Positions 41,606 to 53,356 of a stretch of DNA of 63,710 bases are shown here, piece after piece. The stretch covers positions 1 to 63,710 of the forward strand of contig CAXGAI010000024.1 of NCBI GenBank assembly GCA_964007735.1, read 5' to 3'. Source of the DNA: an uncultured Rhodopirellula sp. (GTDB lineage: Bacteria; Planctomycetota; Planctomycetia; Pirellulales; Pirellulaceae). Position 1 is the stretch's first letter. Each line of letters starts with the position of its first letter. Made by a program: the position numbers and the translations under genes. The notes under the pieces were generated by a model. It made no database searches and was not told the DNA's origin. It saw nothing but the letters and a program-made list of their open reading frames with translations.

Positions 41606-41964
41606 GGGGGCGAAACTGGATTCGACCGGATAGCCTGAAGTGTAAGTGGCGTATCGAGGTTGGTCAGTTGGCCTCGTTAAAAGCTGACCGAATAATTTTA
41701 ATTGCAGATAACAATCTTGCATTGGCTGCCTAAGTAAAGGTAACCCGGGCTGAAAGGTTTAGCTGGAGAGCTTTGACTGCCCGTTGAAAATCCAGATCGA
41801 TAACTGTCATGCCCGACACGCAGTCATCTAAATTCCGTTTTGGGATCGCGTTTGGACAATCATGTTGAACGGAGTGTTCATTCGTTAAATCAAAAGTTCA
41901 ACTACATACGTAGAAGCTTGCATGGAAATATTGCGGGACGCGGGTTCAATTCCCGCCGCCTCCA
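41606..41964 (+). ncRNA. ssrA: tmRNA, tag peptide (A)ADNNLALAA
   Basis: 5' GGGGGCGAAACTGGATTCGAC; 3' GACGCGGGTTCAATTCCCGCCGCCTCCA (T-arm plus acceptor stem with G.U); tag ORF 41704-41733 GCA GAT AAC AAT CTT GCA TTG GCT GCC TAA. CCA is not encoded. Confidence 0.97.
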
Positions 41965-41998
41965 CTCAGTCGGGTTGAACAACCCGTCTCGATTCAAC

Positions 41999-42038
41999 CA
42001 AGGCCCGTTGGTCACCACCAGCGGGCCTTGTTCGTTTC
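41999..42038 (+). terminator. Intrinsic terminator of ssrA
   Basis: CAAGGCCCGTTGGT-CACC-ACCAGCGGGCCTTG 14-bp stem followed by TTCGTTTC. Confidence 0.75.
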
Positions 42039-42214
42039 GTAGCTGTATCGCCGGTTTTACCAACTTTTGTGTAATTCGTGACGAATGAAAACGCGTGCCG
42101 CACCCACGAGTCATGCAAACCTATCACCATGAAAAATCAGTCCTTCACGAAATGGTGGGGGCGCAACGGCACTCTATCCCCCCCGTTCTCTTGTCTTTGT
42201 TAGCGACGTTCGGT

Positions 42215-43030
42215 CTATTCAGAGCCCTTCACCTTCTTGAGCTTTCGAGGAAATACTATTTCCGCCCAGACGGGTTTGTGATCAGACAAAGGCTGTTCCA
42301 GCTCGATGATACCTCCGTCTTTTGCCTGGCCACCAGACAGGCTGTTGTACAAAATGTGATCGATGACACCGAGACTCTTCTCGGGATCCTGGGCGTTGTA
42401 TGTAAACTCTTTGGAAAGATCAATCTTCAGATCATTCCACGTTGGTCTAAATCCCGCCGCCTCAACCGTTTTCATAGCAGCGTCGCCAATCTTGTTGTTG
42501 TAATCCCCAACGACGATAACCCTTTCGCTTGACTCCTCAGGTAGAACCTTGGTCGCAAGGCTATGCGCATGGCCATCATTGGCGCCCGACTTGCAGATAT
42601 GCAATGAATAAAATGCGAATGACACGCCATCGATCTTAGTCACAGCTCTTACAGCAGATGCGGGGTTCCAGCCACGGCCCGTAAGTTTGTATTCCTCAGC
42701 ACCCTCTAACGGTGTCCTGCTGAGAATCGTTTTGTATTTGTCCTTGTGATTCGCAGAGGATATCTTGCCTACAAAACTATATTGCATCCCCAGCACCTTG
42801 CCGACGCGAGCCGTCCAATCACCATCTGGAGCTTCGTCAAAACCGATAACATCCAACTTGTATGACTTGAACATCTCGCCAATCTGTTCCGGGGTCGCAC
42901 TTTTGCCGAACTCAACATTGTAAGAAGCAACACGAACTGTAATCGGTTTGTCAGGTTCGGAAGCGGCAAAACAGAGTGTGGCTCCGCAGATGTATGTCAC
43001 AACAAGCGAAAATAATTTAATCGCTTTCAT
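42215..43030 (-). CDS. Exported endonuclease/exonuclease/phosphatase (EEP) family protein
   Basis: GGAGGAG SD, signal peptide, VRVASYNV, GFDE, ILSR, VVGDYN, IDHI, SDHKPV. Confidence 0.9.
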   Translation of the reverse strand: MKAIKLFSLVVTYICGATLCFAASEPDKPITVRVASYNVEFGKSATPEQIGEMFKSYKLDVIGFDEAPDGDWTARVGKVLGMQYSFVGKISSANHKDKYKTILSRTPLEGAEEYKLTGRGWNPASAVRAVTKIDGVSFAFYSLHICKSGANDGHAHSLATKVLPEESSERVIVVGDYNNKIGDAAMKTVEAAGFRPTWNDLKIDLSKEFTYNAQDPEKSLGVIDHILYNSLSGGQAKDGGIIELEQPLSDHKPVWAEIVFPRKLKKVKGSE

Positions 43031-43188
43031 TCTAAACTCCTCCATTCGATAAATACTTTTTTCACGCCGCCCCACAAGGACAACAGGCATAGATGCGTTG
43101 TCTTTGAATCTTTTTCTACTTGTTTATACATTCGATCTGTTTCCAGACACCGTACTGCTTTTGGTGGTGCAGTGTAACTCCAGGTCCG

Positions 43189-43323
43189 TCACTCCGCCAA
43201 CTCCTCCAAATTGTCGCCGCGATAGATATTGTAAGACATGACCTTTACGCTCTTAAGGCTAGCACTTTCCTGAAGCATCACCCCCTGCCCGTCGGGGACG
43301 AGCTTGCCCACTAATTCGTTCAT
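43189..43323 (-). pseudogene. 44-codon truncated remnant of a second EEP-family gene
   Basis: ATGA overlap with the upstream stop; translates to MNELVGKLVPDGQGVMLQESASLKSVKVMSYNIYRGDNLEELAE*, containing the EEP first-strand motif VKVMSYNI. Confidence 0.55.
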
Positions 43324-44360
43324 TTCATTTTCCGAGGGGTGAACTGAAGTACCGAGTCTCCACTCTCAGATGACCCATGTTTGAATATAGCCAGATAGAG
43401 ATTGTCTTCTTTTACGGTGAGATAATAGGGTGTCACTCCACTGGGTACCAAGCTGCTCAGATCCGTCCAATTCCCGGTGACGAAATCATCAAGCGTTTTG
43501 AAGCGGATGAATTTATTTTCATCGAAGTCCGATCCATCAGCATACGATTCGGTAAAGTAGCTGGTCGCATACCAGAGACCGTTAAAGAATTCGGCGTCGT
43601 TAAGCACCAGTCCAGTCTTGGTCCAGGAACCTGCTGATCCACTCTTCCCTGTTGGATCGAAACTGTCGTAGATCTTGAACGTTGGCTTCTCCCAATCCAG
43701 GATCTCCACGATCCGACCCTTCGACGATCCGATCGCATAGAGTCTGCCGTTGGCAAAGGTCAGTGCCCGCGCGTAACCCTGAAGTGGTACTGAAATCGCA
43801 CTTTCATTCTCACCGATCGCGGTAAAGCGAAAAACATGTCCGGAATTAGGATTGATGGCATAGATCCAACCGGTCGCCGGATCCAGCACGATATCATGCG
43901 GACGCTTAAGCGTAACGTTGGCAATCGCTTTGGTCTGAGCGGTGATCGTTTGACTGGAAAGATCCGCAAACGAAATGATGCGATGATTATCCGTGTCGTT
44001 TGCATAGTACAGCTTGTCTGCCGGATTGTAGACAAGCGAGTGCTGACCGAGAACCGACAGCGGCGATACTTTGAATGGAGCGGCGGGGCTTTCCCGGAAA
44101 ACAAATCGATTGTTGTCCAGGTCAGTCACAACCTCCTGACTGCCCGGACCAAATGCTATGTGAGTGGATCCCTTGAACCGTACCAGATCATCGCTACCGG
44201 GGGCATAAGTCGTCACTTCTAGACCAAAACCCGATGAACTACTAGCCCCAGAGACGCGGGGGTTCGCAACAAGGCTCTCCTCTTGGGCCGAGGCTGTGAA
44301 GGAATTCATCAGGAAGCTTACGATTATGAGCCTTAGCGTGGTGGGGAGATTCTTAATCAT
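43320..44360 (-). CDS. Exported hypothetical beta-propeller (NHL/YncE-like) protein
   Basis: Signal peptide (ASA-Q); blade-like repeats VVTDLDNNRF, YANDTDNHRI, RPHDIVLDP. Confidence 0.7.
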   Translation of the reverse strand: MIKNLPTTLRLIIVSFLMNSFTASAQEESLVANPRVSGASSSSGFGLEVTTYAPGSDDLVRFKGSTHIAFGPGSQEVVTDLDNNRFVFRESPAAPFKVSPLSVLGQHSLVYNPADKLYYANDTDNHRIISFADLSSQTITAQTKAIANVTLKRPHDIVLDPATGWIYAINPNSGHVFRFTAIGENESAISVPLQGYARALTFANGRLYAIGSSKGRIVEILDWEKPTFKIYDSFDPTGKSGSAGSWTKTGLVLNDAEFFNGLWYATSYFTESYADGSDFDENKFIRFKTLDDFVTGNWTDLSSLVPSGVTPYYLTVKEDNLYLAIFKHGSSESGDSVLQFTPRKMK

Positions 44361-44594
44361 GGCATTCTTTCGTGGTTTTCATTCTCTCGCCTTCTGGCAC
44401 CTGCCGTCAAACTGGGAAACATGCCGTTTCTACAAGCTACTAATTTAACCGAGATTTGACCTATGGGTAGAACCAAGTCGAGACTGGAATAGTGTGGGCA
44501 AAAGGTCAGTGGACCCTGCAACAGGAACCGTCGCAAAACAAACAGGCAATGAGTTAAGTTCAGGCTGAGGTTTTGCAAACAAACACCGTGGGTG

Positions 44595-44623
44595 TTGACC
44601 GAAATTTTTGGAAACGCGATACT
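44595..44623 (+). promoter_or_regulatory. Sigma70-type promoter for riboswitch-thiC
   Basis: TTGACC-N17-GATACT immediately upstream of the TPP aptamer. Confidence 0.6.
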
Positions 44624-44627
44624 AGAA

Positions 44628-44728
44628 GCATATGCAGGGGTGTCCTTTATGGGCTGAGAGTTTTGGATAGTGTGATTCGAAACAACCCTTCGAACCTGAT
44701 ACGGGTCATACCGACGAAGGGAGCGAGA
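44628..44728 (+). promoter_or_regulatory. TPP riboswitch (THI-box)
   Basis: AGGGGTG...GGGCTGAGA...ACCCTTCGAACCTGAT.CGGGTCATACCGACGAAGGGA, upstream of thiC. Confidence 0.95.
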
Positions 44729-44798
44729 CGGCAGCGTAGATGTTCTCTCGGACCTAGCCGTTCTTTCTTCGCCGAGTAATTCCCCAATGAAAACCTAA

Positions 44799-46913
<2,115 letters not shown>

Positions 46914-46918
46914 ACCTT

Positions 46919-46960
46919 AAAAGCCCTCCAGGCATCCAGTGACACCTGAAGGGCTTTTTC
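46919..46960. terminator. Bidirectional intrinsic terminator after thiC
   Basis: AAAAGCCCT.CAGG...CCTG.AGGGCTTTTT between convergent genes. Confidence 0.75.
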
Positions 46961-46975
46961 TGAAACTCGACCCGT

Positions 46976-47353
46976 TCATTTTGCTTTCATCGCCAGTGCG
47001 ATTCTTTCAGCATCTGCGGCTGACAAACCACTGCGTTCACACATTTCGATCGCGAAAGACCAGCGGGGTGTCCCGTAAGCCCGAGCCAGCTTCATCAATT
47101 TAACCCGGATACTGTTCTCTAAAGCATTATAGAACCGAGACTGTTCCTCCACAGAGGCATTGAATAGCTCGCTCTTAAGTGCCGGAGAATTCATCATGTT
47201 CTCTGCTTCGCTTCGGCTAATGCGACCATTACTATCCAGGTCTGCGATGATAGAACTCGCATTCTCCGAAGAGGTTTGGGCATGCACCGACAGCGTGCAG
47301 GCCATCAATGCAGTGAGTGTTGTGTTAGCAGCGATTTTTAGTAAGTATTTCAT
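46976..47353 (-). CDS. Small exported protein with a single EF-hand-like loop
   Basis: Signal peptide ending VHA-Q; loop DLDSNGRISRSE. Confidence 0.6.
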   Translation of the reverse strand: MKYLLKIAANTTLTALMACTLSVHAQTSSENASSIIADLDSNGRISRSEAENMMNSPALKSELFNASVEEQSRFYNALENSIRVKLMKLARAYGTPRWSFAIEMCERSGLSAADAERIALAMKAK

Positions 47354-47511
47354 TGTTTTCCCTTTCCAGAGTTGTAGCCCCTTGGATGTGTTTTTGACTT
47401 CACCCATAGAAACGGGAAAGCCGGGTAAAGCGGACAGGAAAACTCAAAATTCTTTTGCTATTTCAAAAAAATTACTAAGGAAGAGAAGTCCCGTTCCATT
47501 CCTGTACGTAA

Positions 47512-48531
47512 CTAATGCCCGGTTTTCCATGCAGGATAGTGTTTTTTAAGCAAATCTCTGGCATATTCACCTAACCAGGAATATCCATTCCTGCGTTCGT
47601 AAGAAATCTCTTCCATCGAACGGCGAGGAATTCCATCGCGACTGCAAAAGATTGGCCGCTGCTCTTTGAGATCATAAAATCTTCCCCATAACGGTGGAGC
47701 TTCACTATTTTTCACCAGCCTGATATCGGTACCTTTGGGAGTGTCGGGAACATCAAACCTCTCGATCTTAACACCTATAAGTTGATGCTCCCGAAACCAA
47801 CTAACTGCTGCTTCTATGGACGCAACAATTTCCGGACTTGGGTTTTCTACGGTCATTAAATACGTCACAATCCCAACCGACTCGTGCCCTGATAATGACG
47901 GTAGCTCATAGGATCTCGCCTTGGCTGGCTTCAACGACTCGCGATCGTGCTGAGCACACCAAACCGTTAGGGTTCCATTCAATCGTACCTGGGTTTTCAG
48001 AATACAATCCAAACCAAGCTCCAATGCCGTCTTACAATCCTTCCGGAATTTTCCGGAGACAAACTCAAAATCCTCGTCTCCCTGCACGATGTCTCTAAAC
48101 AAATTCATAACACCTATCATCGCACCATCGTTATATGTGATATGCAGGTGATAGCTTGAGGTCAGTGGATAATACTGTGGCCAACCACCATTGTCATACT
48201 GAGCATCAATAAGATATTGGATCCCACGCGAGGCTGAATTGAGGTATCGCATGTCTCCCGATTGTTTATACGCCGCCGCAAGAATTCTAATTTCACGATG
48301 AGTGGCTCCATTATCAATCGTTGAATCACGCTGATCCCTGGCCGCCCGAAGTTCCTGGAGACGACTCTCCGACAATTGTTCCTCACGATCATAGTTCTTT
48401 GGCCATCCACCGGAACTGCGTTGATATGCAAGCACTGTCTCTGCGGTTTGCAATAGCTCATCCGCTCCAAGCGAACCTTGTAAAAGCATGGCGAGCCCGA
48501 GTAAAAACGTAATCGATATTTTTGACAACAC
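47512..48531 (-). CDS. pelA: Pectate lyase, PL10 family
   Basis: GGWPKN, TIDNGAT, GGWPQYYP, ITYNDGAM, WCAQH, ARSYELPSLSG, ERRNGYSW. Confidence 0.92.
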   Translation of the reverse strand: MLSKISITFLLGLAMLLQGSLGADELLQTAETVLAYQRSSGGWPKNYDREEQLSESRLQELRAARDQRDSTIDNGATHREIRILAAAYKQSGDMRYLNSASRGIQYLIDAQYDNGGWPQYYPLTSSYHLHITYNDGAMIGVMNLFRDIVQGDEDFEFVSGKFRKDCKTALELGLDCILKTQVRLNGTLTVWCAQHDRESLKPAKARSYELPSLSGHESVGIVTYLMTVENPSPEIVASIEAAVSWFREHQLIGVKIERFDVPDTPKGTDIRLVKNSEAPPLWGRFYDLKEQRPIFCSRDGIPRRSMEEISYERRNGYSWLGEYARDLLKKHYPAWKTGH

Positions 48532-48652
48532 TTGGAATACTCCGGAATGTTACGGCGACAGGAATTAAGAACGTGCCGCTTGTATGTTTGGTATCATGAC
48601 AATTCAATTACCACTTCGGTATTGTACGACAGCACGAGACACTGGAGATAGC

Positions 48653-49975
48653 ATGTCACGATTATTCACGATTATTTACCTGGCCCTCATCCCGACACTC
48701 ACTGTACATGCACAGCAGGATAAATACGCCCTACCATCTGTCGCAGCTGAAAAAGACTTGCCGGGGGAAGGAGCTCTTCGCCGTTACGACGGATATGTGA
48801 AAACCTGGCAGCGGCTTCGCAGCCAATGGGCCACTCAAGTGGAAAAAGATCAAAATGCCATTGTCTTTCTTGGCGACTCCATTACACAGGGCTGGACTCC
48901 GACCTTCCGCGGACACTTTGAAGGAATGAAACTTGCTAATCGCGGCATTGGAGGAGATACCACCCGGGGAATGCTTCTCCGGCTCGAGGAAGATGTCATC
49001 GCACTGAACCCCTCCGCCGTGGTCATCCTCATGGGAACAAATGACATCGAAGTGCAGATTCCTCCCGCAATGATCGCTCGCAACTTTGAGAAGATCATCG
49101 CAGCACTTAAAGCTCACAATCGCCAGATGCCGATCGTTCTCTGTCGGATGTTCCCCAGTTCTGCCACCAAGAAACGACCTACGGAAACTATCCAACAAGT
49201 CAACCAACTCTTCGACAACATTGTACGCAATGATTCCCAAATTACGGTTGTCGATACTTTTAAGTTATTCGACGACGGAAATGGGGATGCCATTGCCCAG
49301 TACTTCCCGGACCTGCTTCACTTAAATGGTGAAGGCTATGCTACATGGGCAAGTGCCGTGAAACCAATCTTTGCCACCCTTGGTTTTTTGGAGACGGGGG
49401 CGGACAGCTTTCAACTGGAAGAAGGATACACAAGCCTCTTTAACGGAAAAGATCTTACAGGCTGGGGCTTCCTACCGACCCCCCCACGAAACCCTCCCAA
49501 AAACCCCCGTCCCAATGCTCCTGTTTTTGCTGTCGTCAAAGAAGCGATCAGCTTCGATGGGAAAACTGAAAGTAATGATGGTCGCTATCAGGCTATCAAT
49601 GGGCGACTCGTCGTTACCACGCCGGCTGAAGGTCGCAGGATCCAACAGCTCTGGACGACCGCTGAATTTGGAAACGATTTCACACTGAAACTCGAATTCC
49701 GGGCGACCCCCAATGCTGACAGTGGTGTTTTTATCCGCAAACCGCAATTACAGTGCCGTGACTACATGCTTGCAGGCCCTTATACGGAACTGAAGAAGTA
49801 CAAACCGCAGGACTGGAATGAACTAGTCGTGACTGTCAGAGGCGGTATTGCTCATGCCACATGTAACGGAGAAACTCTAACTGACAACATGCAAGTCCCT
49901 GAGACCGGGCCCATCGGGCTTGAAGGGGACCGAGGTCAAATGGAGTATCGCCGTATCCGTATCAAGATGGATTAA
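48653..49975 (+). CDS. Exported GDSL/SGNH esterase fused to a DUF1080 (3-keto-disaccharide hydrolase) domain
   Basis: FLGDSIT, NRGIGGD, GTND, DLLH; then SLFNGKDLTGW, ADSGVF, WNE, GPIGLE, YRRIRIK. Confidence 0.87.
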   Translation: MSRLFTIIYLALIPTLTVHAQQDKYALPSVAAEKDLPGEGALRRYDGYVKTWQRLRSQWATQVEKDQNAIVFLGDSITQGWTPTFRGHFEGMKLANRGIGGDTTRGMLLRLEEDVIALNPSAVVILMGTNDIEVQIPPAMIARNFEKIIAALKAHNRQMPIVLCRMFPSSATKKRPTETIQQVNQLFDNIVRNDSQITVVDTFKLFDDGNGDAIAQYFPDLLHLNGEGYATWASAVKPIFATLGFLETGADSFQLEEGYTSLFNGKDLTGWGFLPTPPRNPPKNPRPNAPVFAVVKEAISFDGKTESNDGRYQAINGRLVVTTPAEGRRIQQLWTTAEFGNDFTLKLEFRATPNADSGVFIRKPQLQCRDYMLAGPYTELKKYKPQDWNELVVTVRGGIAHATCNGETLTDNMQVPETGPIGLEGDRGQMEYRRIRIKMD

Positions 49976-49997
49976 ACATTACCATTGATTTGAATAG

Positions 49998-50037
49998 AAA
50001 AGGCCCTCCGTTAACAACGCTAAGGAAGGCCTTTTTT
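49998..50037. terminator. Bidirectional intrinsic terminator
   Basis: AAAAGGCC.TCC...GGA.GGCCTTTTTT between convergent genes. Confidence 0.75.
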
Positions 50038-50058
50038 GTTTTTCAAAATTCGTGGATG

Positions 50059-50796
50059 CTACTTCAGCTTCTTAATTCGAATATCCTTAAACTCAGCCCA
50101 CATCGGCGCACCAGCGTGTAACTGAAGTGCCAAAACTCCGGCGGATAGTGCTTTGGGATGTCCATCCACAAAATCAAGGACGAGACGCTCGTTCATGTAA
50201 TGTTGAATATGGTTGCCTTTGGCACGAATAACAACGTCATTCCATTCATCGAGCTTAAACAGCTTTTGGTATTCATCGGCTGTGATCAAGGTCTCTTTAA
50301 TCTCTTTACCATTCTCGCCCCAGACAGCTTTTTCGCCGACTAAACAAGTACGTCCACGACCACCTGCCAATCCACCTTCGTCATAGATAAATCCAGAAAC
50401 ACTTGGCAAGATATTTTGATTCCGAATCTCATGTTGATAACCACGGACGACCCATTGGTTACGTGCATTTTCGATCCGGGTCGAGCGATACTGAATACCT
50501 GAATTATTAGTGGCATTACATCGGAATGACAAACGCAATTCAAAATCCTTTGTCTCCCCATCTGTCCATATCAGAAAAGTATTCCCATTGGCTTTCTTTT
50601 CCGGAGTTGTTTCACCATGGATCACTCCGTCTTTGACCGACCAAAGTTCGGTATCACCATCCCAACCTGAAAAATCTTTACCGTTAAAAATAGTCTTAAA
50701 GCCTTTTTCGGCGGCGGTGGCTGACTGAAAAGCCATCAAGGTTGTCAAAGCAACCAATGTCAAGCAACGAATCATCTTCGAATGTATCCTCATCAT
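50059..50796 (-). CDS. Exported DUF1080 (3-keto-disaccharide hydrolase family) protein
   Basis: IFNGKDFSGW, NSGIQYRS, GYQ, EWN, ALQLH, FKDIRIK. Confidence 0.9.
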   Translation of the reverse strand: MMRIHSKMIRCLTLVALTTLMAFQSATAAEKGFKTIFNGKDFSGWDGDTELWSVKDGVIHGETTPEKKANGNTFLIWTDGETKDFELRLSFRCNATNNSGIQYRSTRIENARNQWVVRGYQHEIRNQNILPSVSGFIYDEGGLAGGRGRTCLVGEKAVWGENGKEIKETLITADEYQKLFKLDEWNDVVIRAKGNHIQHYMNERLVLDFVDGHPKALSAGVLALQLHAGAPMWAEFKDIRIKKLK

Positions 50797-50929
50797 TAAA
50801 TTCCTTACGCTTTCGTTAGCGGTCTGCCCTGATTCTACTACAAATATTTTTGACCTCCAGACTCACAATAAAATTCAAACCGCATTTATAATGACCGATG
50901 TTAGATCCCATGCTTCAAGTGAAATCATC

Positions 50930-52819
50930 ATGCTCCAAACTCTGTGTTACATCCTTGTCATCACTTTTGGACTCATTCTTCCACTCACTCCATCGACCGC
51001 CATTGGAGCAGACTCTCTTCCTACCTGGACGGAAGTCGATGTTCCCCGGTCGGCCAAAGAGCTCTGGCAGGATTATGACCCTCGGCGTGAGCCATTGGAT
51101 GTCAAGATTGTACGTAGCTGGCAACAAAATGACGTCCATGTGCACTACGTCATCTATACCGTAGGTACCTTTCGGGGAAAGTTGTCGACTATGGCGGCCT
51201 TTTATACAACGCCCCTTAAAACCGACCAACAATATCCAGCCGTAGTCAATATTCATGGGGGAGGGCAACGAGCTTATCTGCGTGGCAGTATCGAGTACGC
51301 TCAGCGAGGTTACTGTTGCATTTCACCAAACTGGGGTGGTCGGGAAATGGAAACTGCCCAACCGGATGACTTAAACACCAACTGGGGTGCCGTTGACCCT
51401 ACGCAGTCGAATCCTCAGGGCTACTCTTCTGTCTTGCCTGGCCCCAACAAAATCGATGCCTTCGAATCCCCTCGTAACAATCACTGGTACCTGTTAACGA
51501 TCGCTTGTCGACGTGCTATTACCTTTCTGGAACAGCAGGGGGAAGTCAACGCTTCAAAAATTGGTGTGCTTGGCCACTCAATGGGAGGACGACTCACGGG
51601 ATTAGTCGCAGGAAGTGATCCACGTGTTAAAGCGGCCTCTCCGTCGGTCGGTGGTTCCGGCTTTCTCTACGAAGACATGAAAATGCTACCTGGATCCAGG
51701 CGACACAACAGTGGAAATCTTGAAATGATGCTTCGAACAATCTCAGGCGAAGCACATCTCGCTCGCATTTCCTGCCCGGTACTTTTTCTAAGTGCTACCA
51801 ATGACTTTAACGCCCCGATGGAACATGTTGAAAAAGGCATGCGGCAAGTTCCCCACGAAAACAAACGGACTACTTTTGCGATTCACCTGAATCACCGATT
51901 CGATCGAGAATCCGACGTTTCCCGCAAGTTGTGGTTTGACGCTCACCTGCAGAGCAAACTTTCGTTCCCGGAAACACCGCAGATCGAGCTTCAACTGGAT
52001 AGTTCTCACGGCATTCCTATTGTCCACGTCACACCTGATACCTCACGAGAAATCAAGGACATTCGCATTTATTACGGTTATAGCCGGGATCCCCGAAATC
52101 GATTCTGGGCTTCCGCTAACACGCAAACTACGGAGACAATCTGGACTGCCTCCTGCCCTGTCTACGATCTGGAGGAACCATTATTTGTACTCGCCAATGT
52201 CCATTATAAACTTGATGATAACGAGCGAATGTTAACCGATCCCGATTCATTTATCCTGAGTGCTTCGACCTCTGCCTACCCCGACGATCTGGCTAAGGCA
52301 AACGTCAAAGCAACCGCAAAACGTCAACGCCTCATTGATTCACTGGAAAATGAACCACCGGGCATGCGGGATTGGTACATTCTCAATCAAGGCAACAAAC
52401 ACCATTGGCTATACTCCACCCGTAAGCCCGTTGACCCCCGATTTGAAGCTCCGTTGGGAGGCCAACTCAAACTTTCACTGTTAACGGATGAACCGGGAAA
52501 TCACGTGGCCATTAAAGTCGTTACCAACAGTTGGCGGAACTATATAGGCAAACGCAGTAAGACGTTTGTTGCCGTTGCCAAACTGGAAAAAATAGGTGAA
52601 CACATCGTACAGCTTCAATCTTCAGACTTTAGAAATGAAGAAGGAACGGAACTCGATGACTGGGATGGAATCACCGAATTACAATTACAGTCAGCCGACA
52701 AGGCATTACCTAATGTACCGGACTTCCAAAATTGGAATGGCTCACCACTGCAACTTATCCGCCTGGAGTGGGAAGGCGGGAACTTACATGCGCGGCCCAA
52801 ACCCTACCCGGCAGACTGA
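50930..52819 (+). CDS. Exported alpha/beta hydrolase (acetylxylan esterase/dienelactone hydrolase-like) with C-terminal beta-sandwich
   Basis: Signal peptide, IHGGGQ, nucleophile elbow GHSMGG, ATNDF, NHR. Confidence 0.85.
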   Translation: MLQTLCYILVITFGLILPLTPSTAIGADSLPTWTEVDVPRSAKELWQDYDPRREPLDVKIVRSWQQNDVHVHYVIYTVGTFRGKLSTMAAFYTTPLKTDQQYPAVVNIHGGGQRAYLRGSIEYAQRGYCCISPNWGGREMETAQPDDLNTNWGAVDPTQSNPQGYSSVLPGPNKIDAFESPRNNHWYLLTIACRRAITFLEQQGEVNASKIGVLGHSMGGRLTGLVAGSDPRVKAASPSVGGSGFLYEDMKMLPGSRRHNSGNLEMMLRTISGEAHLARISCPVLFLSATNDFNAPMEHVEKGMRQVPHENKRTTFAIHLNHRFDRESDVSRKLWFDAHLQSKLSFPETPQIELQLDSSHGIPIVHVTPDTSREIKDIRIYYGYSRDPRNRFWASANTQTTETIWTASCPVYDLEEPLFVLANVHYKLDDNERMLTDPDSFILSASTSAYPDDLAKANVKATAKRQRLIDSLENEPPGMRDWYILNQGNKHHWLYSTRKPVDPRFEAPLGGQLKLSLLTDEPGNHVAIKVVTNSWRNYIGKRSKTFVAVAKLEKIGEHIVQLQSSDFRNEEGTELDDWDGITELQLQSADKALPNVPDFQNWNGSPLQLIRLEWEGGNLHARPKPYPAD

Positions 52820-53015
52820 TTTCTATCGCTGAGGCATAATGATAGGCGGCAATTATTATCTTGCAGATAATGAAGACCATCCACAAAATCGCCAGGAAGC
52901 CAATCAAGACTTCGCTGAGCCCGGGTGTTAACGTCGCTATCGAAAGTCCCATTCCCAACTTTCTTGAGGGAATATTAGGAGTTCCTCCAATCGGCTTTGT
53001 GAGAATCGCAAACAT
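52755..53015 (-). CDS. Possible small single-pass membrane protein
   Basis: GGAGG SD 8 nt before the ATG at 53015; TM segment VLIGFLAILWMVFIICKIIIAAY. Overlaps the convergent hydrolase by 65 nt. Confidence 0.35.
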   Translation of the reverse strand: MFAILTKPIGGTPNIPSRKLGMGLSIATLTPGLSEVLIGFLAILWMVFIICKIIIAAYHYASAIEISLPGRVWAAHVSSRLPTPGG

Positions 53016-53306
53016 CAGTTTTTCCTCCATTTGCCAGCACGTACAAATGACTCACTGAGATTATTGGAAAACCTAAAGCATTCGTCAAAGTCATTTTGGG
53101 GCTAACAGAGTGGACTGAAAGACGTGGTATCAAACAGCGACTCCATATTGAAATTCGTTCTCAAAACATCGTTTTTGCCGCGTTCAGATGTTTTTTCAAA
53201 GAGCGTATGGGTATCTCTCTTAATGAGATTCAATCTCGGCGATTATCGTGATCTATTCAGTATTTTTTCAAGCTTGAAATTTTTTTAACAAATTTCTGCC
53301 GACATT

Positions 53307-53338
53307 AAAAAAGCCCTTCGAAATAGTCGAAGGGCTTT
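53307..53338 (-). terminator. Intrinsic terminator of the secretin gene
   Basis: AAAGCCCTTCGA-N5-TCGAAGGGCTTT 12-bp stem with a U-run on the minus strand. Confidence 0.8.
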
Positions 53339-53356
53339 GACAAACGTATGAAGGTA

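Noticed and set aside
42452..42463. 12-bp exact match (TCCCGCCGCCTC) to the tmRNA 3' end at 41951-41962, a possible attR
   Set aside because: It lies inside the intact EEP coding sequence (EAAG), is short, and no integrase is nearby; most likely chance.
41840..42532. ORFs 41840-42088, 41902-42114 and 42095-42532
   Set aside because: They overlap tmRNA, its terminator or the antisense strand of the EEP gene.
53016..53306. c-di-GMP or other riboswitch near the pilus cluster
   Set aside because: No recognisable GEMM or other aptamer consensus by eye; an Rfam cmscan would be decisive.
46919..53338. Three similar AAAAG(G)CCCT...AGG(G)C(C)TTT hairpins as a REP/MITE family
   Set aside because: Loops and lengths differ and each sits at a gene end; ordinary intrinsic terminators.
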